Positions 49,775-61,660 of a stretch of DNA of 64,000 nt are shown here, one piece after another; positions within the stretch are counted from its first letter, which is position 1; each line of letters begins with the position of its first letter. Location: positions 231,696,001 to 231,760,000 of the forward strand of contig NC_058368.1 in the NCBI RefSeq assembly GCF_018350175.1. Reading direction: 5' to 3'. A program made the translations under genes and the position numbers. The notes under the pieces were generated by a model. The model was not told the DNA's origin and did not search any database. It saw nothing but the letters and a program-made list of their open reading frames with translations. The stretch is from Felis catus (Eukaryota).

Positions 49775-50215
49775 ATTTTAATTTTTAATAGACCTTCATT
49801 TCTGGACAACAATTTTAGATTTACAGAAAAATTAAGAAGATAAATGGATTCCCGTTTATCCTACACTCCCTTTCCCCTATTATTAACATTTTACATTAGT
49901 ATAGTCCACTCGTTACGATTTATGCAATGATGTTGATACTCTATTATTTAATAAAATCCATACCTTAGTCATATTTCCTTCATTTGTATCTAATGCCCTT
50001 CTTCTATTCCAGGATATACTAGATTTATTGTCTTGTCTCCTTCGGTTCCTCTTGGCCCTGACAGTTTCTGAGACTTGCCTTATTTTTTATGAGCTTGACA
50101 ATTTTGAGCAGTACTGCTCTACTGGGATTTTCCTGATAAGACTGGAATTAGGGCTAATTGGGACAAAGACCACAGATGTAAAGTGCCACTTCAATCATGT
50201 AATATTAAGTGTATA
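49775..50215 (-). mobile_element. LINE-1 distal 3' UTR (L1MC3/L1MD-like)
   Basis: ttttagatttacagaaaaatt, tttcccctattattaacattttacattagt, gacagtttctgagacttgcctt, gaccacagatgtaaagtgcc. Confidence 0.75.
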
Positions 50216-50224
50216 TAATATGAG

Positions 50225-50857
50225 AAAAAGGGAAGAATGCATGGATGTGGTACAGGAGTTTTAGGGCAACGAAACTATTCTGTACAACCCTGTAATGGTG
50301 AAAACATAACAGTAGGCATTTGTCAAAATTCGTAGAATTTTACAAGACAAAGAATGAACTTTGATATACACAAATTAAAAAAAAATCATTTGAGAGGTTG
50401 GGGGAGCCCCATAAGAAAAGAAGATGAGGGGCGCCTGGGTGGCGCAGTCGGTTGAGCGACCGACTTCAGCCAGGTCACGATCTCGCGGTCCGTGAGTTCG
50501 AGCCCCGCGTCGGGCTCTGGGCTGATGGCTCGGAGCCTGGAGCCTGTTTCCGATTCTGTGTCTCCCTCTCTCTCTGCCCCTCCCCCGTGCATGCTCTGTC
50601 TCTCTCTGTCCCAAAAATAAATAAACGTTGAAAAAAAAAATTAAAAAAAAAAAAAAGAAAAGAAAAGAAGATGAGCCTAGAGAATCCGAACACATTACAA
50701 ATGAATGAAATAACCTCATGAAAAGGAAGGAGGGGAAAGGTGCTGACTTAAGTAACTCTGGAAATGAGCAGAATCTGTAAAACTAAAAGCAAAAGAAACT
50801 GTATGGAAAGCCTGTACAATAGGTGACAAAGTTGTTTCTTATGGGGTATGGGTTAAC
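50225..50857 (+). mobile_element. LINE-1 proximal 3' UTR (L1MC3-like), interrupted by a SINE
   Basis: ttttagggcaacgaaactattctgta...gcatttgtcaaaa, ggtgctgacttaagtaactctggaaatgag, ggggtatgggttaac. Confidence 0.7.
50428..50659 (+). mobile_element. Very young CanSINE (SINEC_Fc)
   Basis: Perfect TSD aagaaaagaagatga at 50413-50427 and 50660-50674; CpG-intact body. Confidence 0.98.
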
Positions 50858-51318
50858 CTGTGAATATGTTACCTTACAGGGCAAAAGAGACTTTGAGATG
50901 TGCTTGGGATTATTCATCGGTTGGCCTCAAAACAGGGAGATTATCAGGGATTATCCGGGAGGAGCCAAAGTAATCACAGAAAGCAGAAGCAGAAGAGGAA
51001 GCCAAAGGGAGTCAGAGCGTGAGGTACGCAAGGTGCTGTTGCTGGCTTGGAGATGGAGGAGGCCATTGTCAAGGAAACGGGTCCCTCAGTCCCACGTCTG
51101 TCAACAACAAAGATGAGCTTGGACACAGAATCTTCCACACAGCCCTGCAGAAAAGAGCAGAGCCCAGTCGACACCTTGACTTTAACCTCGTAAGACCCTA
51201 AGTAGAGTAACCAGTCACGCCATGTCGGACTTCGGACCAAAGAACCGTTAGACCACAAATGAGCGTTTTAGGACCCTACGTGCGGAATTTTGTTACACAG
51301 CGACAGCTTCCTAGTACA
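50858..51318 (+). mobile_element. MaLR solo LTR (MLT1D/E-like)
   Basis: cctgtgaatatgttaccttacagggcaaaagagactttg...gggagattatc...gacaccttgacttt...ttgttacacagc. Confidence 0.8.
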
Positions 51319-51470
51319 ACGACCGACAAGTTCCTGAACTCTGTCGAGTCAGTGTCCTCATCCGTGGAGAGGAGCTAAGCCTAGATGTGTTCCCTGAAGA
51401 TTAAATTAAGTCATGATACGATCTTCTGATGTGGTGCACGGAACATGATAGAAGTTCAGTAATGTGGGCA
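51319..51470 (+). mobile_element. MIR fragment
   Basis: caagttcctgaactctgtcgagtcagtgtcctcatccgt...tgaagattaaatta. Confidence 0.45.
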
Positions 51471-52080
51471 CATTTCACAGGTGCACATAATTCATTGTCA
51501 GAGTCAAGAGCGAAACCCGGAAACTCTGAACAGGAGAAGTAGCATTTTAAACTGCACTTTGAGGGACAGGTAAATTTTTGATAGACAGCCCAGATTAAAA
51601 TTAAACCAGTAAAAACTTGAGAGGAGAAAGCCCCACGGTTTACGCAAATCCATCACGCCTTGCATTGAAATATGAATTTGCATTTTAATAGGCAGAAGAA
51701 AATTAACTGATCTCAGACTGTGGCAGCTTCCAGAGGCAACTCGCAATCCTGAAAAATAAAACAGGAGCCAAAAAAAAAAAAAAAAAAAAAAAAGGAAAGC
51801 AGTATAGAATGTATATAGTGGTTTAGAGCCCGTATGTTCATATAGCTGACTGGCAGGGGCAGGACTGACACTGAGCCCATTTTTATTTCAGCCCTGTGGC
51901 ATCTACTTTGTAGGTGCCACCTAGAGCTGAAATATCTCTGGGTGAAGCACATCAGTGCATCTGAAGGCAGCGGGGGCCACACATTCACATTCATGATTCA
52001 CATCCATGCAAGTTCTACAGAACTTAGGGGGAGCCAGCCTGTGAAACGAAACCACTGAGATTTTAAATAGTGTTAATTCA

Positions 52081-52206
52081 GGGGCACCTGGGTGGCTCAG
52101 TCGGTAAGTGTCCAACTCTTGATTTCCATTCAGGTTATGGTCTCACAATTACATAAGTTCGAGCACCACATAGGGCTCTGCACTGATGGTGTGAAGTCTG
52201 CTTGGG

Positions 52207-52248
<42 letters not shown>

Positions 52249-52322
52249 TCTCTGCTCCTCCCCCACTCATGTATGCTCTCTCTCTCTCTTTCAAAAATGA
52301 ATAATCATTTTTAAAAAATTTT
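52081..52322 (+). mobile_element. CanSINE (older) with long (CT)n
   Basis: TSD aaat[a/g]gtgttaattca at 52065-52080 and 52323-52338. Confidence 0.95.
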
Positions 52323-52427
52323 AAATGGTGTTAATTCAGAGATTACAGTTCTGCTGGCTTTTTGGGAAATGCCAATACAAAAGTGGGGGGGGGGGAGGGA
52401 GATGATCAGCAGTGACATGGGAGGGAA

Positions 52428-52881
52428 TGTATTCATTTCCCAGGGTTGTCACAACAGATTATCCCAAATTGGCAGGCCTAAGACCACATACATTTATTCT
52501 CCCACGGTTGTGGCAGTGAGAAGTCGGAAATCGAGGTGTTGGCATGCTTGGTTCCTGCTGGAGGCTCTGAGGGAGATCCAGACCCCACCATCTCCCAGCA
52601 TCTGGTGGCTGCTGGAGATCCTTCTTGCTCCGTGGCTCGTAGATCCATGACTCCAGGCTTTGCCTCTGTTCTCACATGGCCTCGTCCTCTTCTCTTTCAT
52701 CAGGACACTGGCCATGGGATTTAAGACCCAGCTGGGTAATCCAAGATGATCTCATCACAAGAATGCTCAACTTATTTATGTTTGCAAAGACTCTTTATCC
52801 AAATAAGGTCACATTCACAGGTCCCGAGGAGGTGAGGACTTGGAAATGCCTTTTCTGTGGGTCACCATTCAGCTCATTGTG
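52428..52881 (-). mobile_element. MaLR solo LTR (MLT1C-like)
   Basis: ggaggctctgagggaga...taatccaagatgatctcatc...tgcaaagactctttatccaaataaggtcacattcacagg. Confidence 0.85.
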
Positions 52882-53984
52882 GGGACTATTACCTAAAAGC
52901 TATGGAGAAACAGCATCTACCTTTATAAACGTGGAATGACAAGAGAAAATAAGACAGGAAGCCCAGTGTGGCTTATTTCTGTGGGTAGCATTTTCAGTTA
53001 AAAAAGTTTTTCTAATTTGGGTATCAGGTAAATATTAGCATGATAGTCTACATGAACAGAAATTTTGTTCTTAGAAGCAAAAACAGAAAAGTTTAAATCT
53101 TTGCAGAAAGTTGAGCCATTATAGGCAACTGGAATTTATAAACCTCTCCTCCTTCTCCATTACAGACTTACAAAGATTCCAACACGAAAAATAAGAAAAT
53201 TTTAAGAAGAACAGTACAATTTAAAAATATAAACTATTTTTCTATCTTTATTTTAGTTTTTAAAAAATATTGCTGTTAGTTGGATCCAAAAATTCCAACT
53301 GGCAGTTGAGTGGTTCAGGATTATTCGTTTGACCTTCCCCCAAACCCTCTTTTTTATAAGCATGGATATTGTTTTCAGAGTCACCTTTATTTAGCAACGT
53401 TTACATGAGAGTAAGCTAATTTCCAATTATTGTCTTTATAACTTGGTTATGAGTTCATCTATATAACGGTGCTTTATAATGTAGGATGGTATGCAGATAT
53501 AAAATGGAATTTCCTTGGCTAAAGCAAATCACCTGACAACGTTTAATTTTCAGTAGGTGAGGAGTAGCTGTGGCTCAGAAGGAGAAAGAGCCAAAGTGTC
53601 TGAGAACAGCCTTGGAATCCAAGCTCTACGTCCAAAGAAATAGTAATGTTCTAACTACAAAATGGCAATATATTTTTTTGATTCAGGATGTGGATAAAAC
53701 CCTTCTGGGTCTAATCAAAGCTAATCTGATATTGGCAAGGAAATTCAATTTGAATTATTATCTCTGAAACAAACAAGAAGGAATCAGCCCTCCTCTGAAA
53801 ATTTCTTATAGAAATGACAAAAATACAACCTATCTAGTTGTTCTTTCTTTACTGATGTATAGTTGGAGAATACAATATCCAGAACACTGAGAGTAGCAGC
53901 AAATATCTGAGGTGTCTGTCGAACTAACAGATTGATGGTGTGTGTGTATGTGTGTGTGCAGGAGAGGGCGCATATATGCTGTGC

Positions 53985-55044
53985 TGTTTGGTAACAAATA
54001 GCTCAGGATTTGAATTCCCCTCTTTCTGGGCACATGATAAGACTTCACCTCCCACTGCCCCGAAGTCAGGTGTGGCCATATAACTCACGTGGGACAGTGA
54101 GCTGGTTGGGAGTTAGCATATGCCAATCCTGGAGAGACGTATTTCGTTGTCTACGAAACACGTCACTGCTAGGATAACCTCAGCTGTGATAACCACCCCA
54201 GCAGGCTCTGCGTGGAGGAATAAATCCATCCACCTGCATTTCTGAATGAGGAGCACTGTGGTGCAGAGCCCCCGGCAGACCGTGACAGACATGCAGCTTG
54301 AAGAAAAACAAAACTTTGCCTTTTGGGCTTTTGCGAGATTATGAGAGTCGCCACAAATTCCTCCAGCACTTTTGCAATGTGACTTGTTGCTTCTTCCCGT
54401 CGAGGGCTAGACTTTGCTCCTCTACCCACTGAAACTGGGCTGAACGTCCGACTAGCACTTTTTTTGAGAGAGAGAGAGAGAGCAAGCAGGGGAGGGGCAG
54501 AGAGGGAGGGAGAGAGAATCCCAAGTAGGCTCCACACTGTCAGCACAGAGCCCGATGGGAGGCTCAACCACGAACCGTGAGATCATGACCTGAGCTGAAA
54601 TCGAGGGTCAGACACTTAACCGACTGAGCCACCCAGGCACCCCGAACGTCTGACTAGCTTTGATCAGTAGACTGAGGGGGGCAGACTAAGCAGTGTCACT
54701 GAGAGCACTGTGAGCAAAGGCCTCTTGCTCAACCCTTGTGCCGCCTTCAGACCACCTTTGAGGCCAGTGTCCCTGGGGAGAGACCACGTGCAGGGAAAGA
54801 CCTGGCTGGCGGCCACCATCACCTCCATGCATGGGAACAGACCTGCCTTGGGCCACTCGGTCCCAGATGACTGCACTGCGTGAATGACCTCAGGCGAAAC
54901 CCACAGAAGAACTGCCGGCTTGGCCCCAAAACTGTTGGACAGTCAGAGAATAAAGTTTTGTTGTTTGGAGTCACTAAAAGTTTGTGTGGTTTGTATGTGG
55001 CAATGGAAAACAGGTGCAGCATAAACTAGCTTATCCTGATTAAC
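53985..55044 (+). mobile_element. Old MLT1J-like LTR split by a nested MLT1G/H-like LTR (about 54344-55015)
   Basis: Outer LTR: ctgggcacatg...cacctcccactgccccgaagtcaggtgtggccat, resuming as gcagcataaactagcttatcctgattaa. Inner LTR: ttgcaatgtgactt...gagagaccacgtg...cagaagaactgcc. Confidence 0.6.
54457..54643 (-). mobile_element. CanSINE inside nested LTR
   Basis: TSD gaacgtc[c/t]gactagc at 54442-54456 and 54644-54658. Confidence 0.95.
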
Positions 55045-55783
55045 GCGTATATGTGTGTAAACATCGGTGTGTGCGCAGTTGTTCACATGTGGTTAATAAA
55101 AATACACAGACATATGCATCAATGCATGCATTTATACTATAAATCCGTGCATGCATTATATACATATAAACACACACGGATATGTGAATATATCAGACTA
55201 ATTTTACCAGCAACCTGGGTCAAGAATGTGATCCAGTTTTTATTTTGTAAACAAAGAAATTCAGATGTTCACTGAAATTTTCCTTATTTCTATCAAGACA
55301 ATTTTAGCAGATGGCTAGATTAAAGTGGTCTTTAAAAATGGGCTTGAGGAGATCATTGTCTGATAGCTGATTCTTCTGTAGACAAATGATATTAAAACCA
55401 GATTGTGAGGTTCGAAGATCAGTATCTTTGTTTTTCCCTCTTTGTCCTTGATGCATTCCAGAATATTCTATGCAGTCATTGCCAGACATGATTGAGACAC
55501 CTTCAGGGTCAGAAAAGAGCATTCATTCACCTTTTGGAGGTTAGGATTACATCACTCCTAACTGACAGTGCTATGATTAGCCAAGCTGGAATCATTTGGG
55601 CTAAAATAGAGCATGGAAATCCACTGATGTTTTTAATACAGAAAGTTTGGTAGAAAAAGTTATGAAGACCTTTCTGAATTATTTCATCTGAGGAAGAGGG
55701 TTGCTTTACAAGAAGGGACCGACCAGAGTTCAGGCTGATCAGAGTCTGTGGCTAAACAGAATAGGATCGGCTAAAGTGGAAAA

Positions 55784-55946
55784 GTATTTTTTCATTGTTT
55801 TTTGTTTGTTGGTTGGTTGGTCTGTTTTTTAAAACAGGCTCCATGTTGGGCACAGAGCCCAATGCAAGTCTTGAACTCAAGACCCTGAGATCAAGACCTG
55901 AACTGATGTCAAGAGTTCGACGCCTAACCAGCTGAGCCACCCAGGT
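55784..55946 (-). mobile_element. Short CanSINE lacking the (CT)n linker
   Basis: caggctccatgttgggcacagagccc...ctgagccacccaggt; TSD ctaaagtggaaaa at 55771-55783 and 55947-55959. Confidence 0.9.
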
Positions 55947-55986
55947 CTAAAGTGGAAAACTTTCAATTAAAAAGGAAATTTCCGTA

Positions 55987-56192
55987 GGGGCGCCTGGGTG
56001 GCTCAGTTGGTTAAACATCTGACTCTTGATTTCAACTCAGGTCATGATCTCGTGGTTGTGAGAATGAGCCCTGCATCAGACTCCACACTGAGCACGGAGT
56101 CCACTTGGGATCCTCTCTCTCCCTCTCTCTGCCCCTCACCCATTTGCCTTCTCTTTCCCTCTCAAAATAAAAATTAAAAACGCTAAAAAAAA
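55987..56192 (+). mobile_element. CanSINE (older)
   Basis: GGGGCGCCTGGGTGGCTCAGTTGGTTAA head; TSD core aaaaaggaaattt on both sides. Confidence 0.94.
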
Positions 56193-56212
56193 AAAAAGGA
56201 AATTTGCTTGAA

Positions 56213-56770
56213 AACTATGTATTCTATTGTGGCCACAACAAATGACCATTTGTTATGCAGACTCAGCAGAATAAACTATACAAATTCACTATCCTCCAGT
56301 TCTGGGGCTCAGATGTACAGTGTGGATCTCGGTGGGCTGCAGTATGGGTGTCAAAGGTTGAGTTCCTCTTTGGAGGCACCGAAGAGAACCCATCCCCTTG
56401 CTCGTATAGGCGTTGACATAATTCAGGTCATTGTGGTTGTGAAACCCAGAACCCCATTGCCTTGCTGGCCATCAACTGGGAGCCATCTTGACTTCCCAGA
56501 GGATTCTCTCAGATGCTTGGACATTGTCCCTGCTTCTCAATCCTTCTTTTATTGCCATCTCTGATTCACCTCCCAGCCACCTTCTTCCAAACTTTGCAAA
56601 CTCATGTAATTAGTTTGGACCTATTCAGATAATCTGGATAATATTCCCATCACAAGATATGTTACCTTAATCGTGTCTGTCAAGACCCTTTTGCCACATA
56701 AGGTGACATATTCGCGGGTTCCAGGGATCAGGATGTGGACATCTTGGGAGCCATCATTTGCTCCCCACAG
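56213..56770 (-). mobile_element. MaLR solo LTR (MLT1E-like)
   Basis: cagataatctggataatattccc...cttttgccacataaggtgacatattcgcgggttccagggatcaggatgtggacatctt. Confidence 0.8.
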
Positions 56771-58524
56771 CCTACAGAGAGGCACAGTAGGGTCACTACA
56801 TATGCATGTTTGAGCGTCTCGAGACCGCTGGGTTTCCCTTCCCAGGTTGGGAAGTCTGGGGTGTGAATCTACATTACAGAATTGATGTACCTCAGTAATT
56901 GCTAGGGTGTATTCTGTGTGAGGACAAATGAGGTTCCTATTTAGGCCTTCTATTTCATCAGTTGACTTAGACATATTTCAGACTTTTCCATAATACCTTT
57001 GATTTGTTCTTAAAAAGTATTTTTAACCACTTTTGGCTGTTTAGGGACTCCTTCATAGATGAATGTTCACTGTTTGTGTCCCCGTCTCGAGAAACTCACT
57101 GGTGAATCCGGGGCTCGGGGTATATCTGTGTTTTGAAGTTGGGCTTCCCCCTCCCCTCGCAGAATGGGACAGCTGAAAGGATGTCACAGCTCCCTTTTCT
57201 GACTCTGTGGGGGAATGGTCCTGACCTGGAGACATTCTCCTCTTTCACAGTGAGCGTAGGGGATTGGAGGATGTTCACAGCAAGGGGGTTCATTTGGGGC
57301 TCTTGTTTGGATCTCATTTGGAGGCAGGGTGATATAAAAGGAAATCCAGTAATGAAGCAAAAATCTTCTATTGGGTCTGACCCATTAGGACCTAACAAAA
57401 ATGCTAATGTCATGTGTTTTCCCTTCTAATAGCTTTGGATGGTTGCACTATGAGACCATCACTAGGTATGTCCCCATTCTCCAATTTCTCATGCAGCAGA
57501 TAGACCTGCTGGGGAGCCAAGTCGTGTCATGTGATTGCGTCTACTGGCCAACAGCATGGTAGTTCTTCAGGGCGCTCATACAGATAGAAGACCAGAGGAA
57601 ACGGCCCTGGTGCTACTGCTGTGGACCGACTGTTCCAAGTGAAGGAAGCTTCGGCCTGCAATCTGTTATTAAGTGTGGTGGTGTCACCCCTCCCAAAGGG
57701 CAGCTGGTCTAGGTCTTGGGCATGAGTCACCATCAGGGATGCGGACGTGGCCTTTCCAAAACCAACCTCCTTCACCGCGGTCCCATGTCGTTAATGAGGG
57801 ATCCTCTCCATTTCCCAGGGCAGGAGTTCAGGGACTCTGGACTCAGTTGTCCACTTGGAGAGTCCAAGAACTGGTTTTATCAGTTTTCACGGAGGTTAAT
57901 CAAGCTTCGGGGGTTTGAGCCATGCAGGAAAATTAATAACAGACAGATTTATTAAATCTGAATGCCGATTTGCTAATTTGCCACAGGGGATAGACTTTGC
58001 AGGCATAAGGATACTTGTATCCAAGGCAACCTCTCCTGGAAAAGCAGATGTACACGGAGAGCGCAGGGAGGGTGAGGTTCTGTGGGATGCTATATTCACA
58101 CCATGTCTTTCGTGACTTCTGGAAATGAGGCTTTAGTGATTAGAAGACCGTGTTGTGCTGTTGTGGTGGTTTTACACTAAATGATACTCCTCGGTTTTCC
58201 ATTGCCCCGGACTCCCAGCAGGCTTGTCACGGGAACGCATTGCCTCATACTTGCGGCGATAGAGTTGAATAAGTAACAATTTTTAAATTGGATTATCAGC
58301 CAACTCTGCTACCAATTACTTCTATATCAATGGCAAGCCATTTGGGGTAAATTAATTTGATCCACGAGTAACTCATGCATTATTGATTGTTTACTAGATT
58401 TAATTCCAGGGAGGAACTGGTGGCAGTTCACCGCAACACATAGAATGTGCGCAGCGCGGCTCACGTGCGGGCCCCAGACTGGCACCATCGGCACCGCCTG
58501 TGAACGTGACAGACGTACTCACTC

Positions 58525-58629
58525 ACGATCTACTGAATCAGACTCCCTGAGGACACAGTCCGGGACGTGATTCTAAGGAAGCTCTTGGGTGACCCTTCCG
58601 TGCATGAAAGTGTGAGGTCCGCGGCTCTA
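58525..58629. mobile_element. MER5B-like MITE fragment
   Basis: ctactgaatcagactc...aagctcttgggtga...tgaaagtgtgaggtccgc. Confidence 0.45.
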
Positions 58630-58870
58630 AGAGTTAAGAGCACGGATTCGACGGCCAGATTGCCTGGGTTTCGTATTTTGGCCATTCCACTGCAGGCTGG
58701 ACACCCTTGGGAAAATTGCCTAACCTCCCTGAGACTCGGGCTTCCCATCTGTAAAATGGACTTAGTTATGATTCCTCCTTGGCAGGGTTGTTGTCAGGGT
58801 CCACGGACTCAACGCACGTAACGTGTGTTTGAACGGCGCCTGTGCAGGAAGCACGTTCTAAATGTTTGCT
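58630..58870 (+). mobile_element. MIR, near full length
   Basis: gttaagagcacggattcgacggccagattgcctgggtt...cccatctgtaaaatgg...agggttgttgt...aaatgtttgct. Confidence 0.8.
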
Positions 58871-59364
58871 GACGTTTCGGCTTTTGTTTGAGAAGGTAGA
58901 AGTGTCTTTGCTACTGGCTCTGATTTCCTGAGAGCTCAGCACCTGCACGGTGCGGGAGGAAGACAGAGGAGGCCAGGGCACAGCACCAGGAAGACTAGGC
59001 TGGCGTCCTGGCCGCTCCTCTGTTCCACGGCCTTGACCGGATGACTGACTTCATCTGTCTCTGGTCTCTTCACCACGGCAAACAGGTTGGTGTTTCAGAT
59101 CGCTTTTGTCTTTGAAACTCTACGCCTGAACATCAGCCCAGTCTCTCGCCCTGCTAAAGCGACATCAGGAGGAAAAGTGTAGGCCAATCAGTGTTGAGAT
59201 CAATCCGAGCAGGCGTATTTGTGATAGAAGGAAATGGAACTTTTTACAAAAAGAGTGGACTTCAGCCAACTGCTGTTGATTGCAATCCAAAGTTCACTGG
59301 AACTTCAAGGTGAAGCCCAGCTATTTACGATAACAGAGCCTCCAAAGCACATAGTTAATGTTTT

Positions 59365-60225
59365 TCATTCTTTAAAATTATACAAATGAGTCACATTAAC
59401 TGAAATAAAAATGGGAAAGCACCAGATTAGCAAAAGCAAAAAAAATCACCCATAATTCTGTGGCCCTGAGATAACAGCAATTAATTTCTTAGATGTATGT
59501 TTCTACAGGCTTTTCTGTGTATATATTTTAAATTAAATTTGGATTGCACTGTACTTTTCTTTTTAACTGGCTTCAAAAACCTAACATATTGTGAACGAGT
59601 TTTTAATATCAATAATTGTAGGGTATCATATATCACTGTTAATTATTGAATTGTATTTCGATATAATTTATGATTTATTTAATTACTCCTTAAAGTATTT
59701 AAAAAATATGTTTTCATCTTATAACCCATAAACAATGAGATCTACACAAATATTCATAGATACTTATCTGATAATTTCCTTAGAACACATTCTTTTTTTT
59801 TTAATTTTTTTTAATGTTTATTTATTTTTGAGAGAGACAGAGACAGAATGCAAGTGCGTTAGGGGCAGAGAGAGAGAGAGACACAGAATCCGAAGCAGGC
59901 TCCAGGCTCCGAGCTGTCAGCACAGAGCCCAACACGGGCTCAAACTCACGAGCTGTGAGATCATGACCTGAGCTAAAGTCGGACGCTTAACCGACTGAGC
60001 CACCCAGGCGCCCCTAGGACACATTCTTAAAGGCTGAATTACTAGATCAAGATGGTAAAGCATTTTAATGGCTTCTATTGAATGTTGCCAAATCACCTTC
60101 CAGAAAAGTTTATATCTGTTTATGCGTCTACCAGAAGTAGATAAAAATGCCACAGGTTTAAACTTTGCCAACACTGGATATTTTTCTTCATTTTAATCTT
60201 TCCCAATTTAAAAATGTGGTCTCAC
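59365..60225 (-). mobile_element. Ancient L1ME-like 3' remnant, interrupted by a SINE
   Basis: aaaatcacccataattct...agataacagc, ataatttccttag, gaattactagatcaa, tgttgccaaatcaccttccagaaa, ttgccaacactgg. Confidence 0.6.
59795..60014 (-). mobile_element. CanSINE (SINEC_Fc type)
   Basis: TSD tag[a/g]acacattctt at 59781-59794 and 60015-60028. Confidence 0.96.
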
Positions 60226-60600
60226 TCGGTCTCAAACGTTCGTGAAATATTTACTTGCATGCCCCAGGCAGTGTGCTGGGCACTCGGCCTGTAGCAGCGT
60301 CCTTGTGGAACTTACCATGGTGGTCTTGGAAGAAAATTGCACATTCTGCAGCAGAATGCGTGTTCTGCTAGAAATCACGGACAGCACAGCATTGCAGGCA
60401 GGGCTTCCTCGTCAGAAAGGGAGTCAGGAGAAATGACCAAAGCTGTGGCATCTGAGTTGAGATCTTGACGACTTGTGGGACTTACCCAGACGTCAGGTTG
60501 GGAAATAGCGGCTCTGGAGAAAGAATGGAAACCCCAGTGGAAGGAGAATGCAGGGCAAGGTGAAGAAGAAGCATGGAGTTGTTTTAATTTGTATCTCCTT

Positions 60601-60824
60601 GGGGCACTTGGGCGGCTCAGTCGGCTAAGCATGCGACTTTGGCTCAGGTCATGATCTCGTGGTTTGTGGGTTCGAGTCCCAGCTGGGACTCTGTGCTGAC
60701 AGCTTAGAGCCTGGAGCCTGCTTCAGATTCTGTGTCTCCCTCTCTCTCTGTCCCTCCCCTGCTAGCACTCTGTCTCTCTCTCTCTCAAAAATGAATAAAT
60801 ATTTTTAAAATTAAAAAAAAAAAA
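60601..60824 (+). mobile_element. CanSINE (SINEC_Fc type), no TSD
   Basis: GGGGCACTTGGGCGGCTCAGTCGG head through the A-rich tail. Confidence 0.95.
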
Positions 60825-60825
60825 C

Positions 60826-60863
60826 GGTTGGATGCTCAACTGACTGAGCCATCCAGGCACCCC
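60826..60863 (-). mobile_element. Isolated CanSINE 5' head fragment
   Basis: ggttggatgctcaactgactgagccatccaggcacccc is the reverse complement of the first ~38 nt of a CanSINE. Confidence 0.85.
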
Positions 60864-60989
60864 CATAATGATTTCTTTCTGGTCATTACTCACCTTTGAA
60901 TTATTGTTTGTAATTTTTTGATCCTACCAGAAGTTTAAATTAAGTAATCATACTTGTCAGTCTCTCCTTGAAATTTAAATCCTTCTCTA

Positions 60990-61660
60990 TTTAGTAATTT
61001 TACGAAGAAGTAATCGTCATATAAGGTTTCTAGTTTGATGAGTTTTGACAAATCCATGCATGTAACCACCACTACGATCTAGAGGTAAAATATTTCCCTC
61101 AACCCAGAAACTACCCTCACGTCCTGTTCTAGTCAAGTCTAGCCACACCCCATGCCCTGACCACAGACCACCGCTGTTGTGATTTCTAGCACCACAGACT
61201 CATTTCGCTTCTTCTAGAACTTCATATAAACGCGATCATACATTAGGCACTCTATGTTAGCTCTTTCCACTCAATGTAATGGTTTTGATACTTATCCATG
61301 TTGTTGCATGTGGCCTTAGCCTGTTCCTTTGAATTCTGAATGATAATCCCTTGCATGGCTCCACTTCAGTGCAGTGGTCCGTTTAACCAAATGTCTCTCG
61401 GTGGATGTTTGGTTTCTTTTATGTTTATGGCTATTATGAATAGAGCTGGTATGCACATTCTTTGTATACATCTTTTTGTGGGCGTGTGCTTTATTTCTCC
61501 CGGGGAAATAGATAGGAATTAAACTGTTGGATCATGGACTATGCGTATGTTTAACTTTACAATAAGCTGACACACTCGTCTAGAGAAACCCTATCATTTT
61601 CTCTCCCGCCACCCAAATAGGAGGGTTCCAGGTGCTCTGCATTTTTACTAACACTCCTTT
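60990..61660 (-). mobile_element. L1ME-like 3' end
   Basis: tttgatgagttttgacaaat...tgtaaccaccac, ttctagaacttcatataaa, tatccatgttgttgcatg, ggctattatgaatagagctg. Confidence 0.75.
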
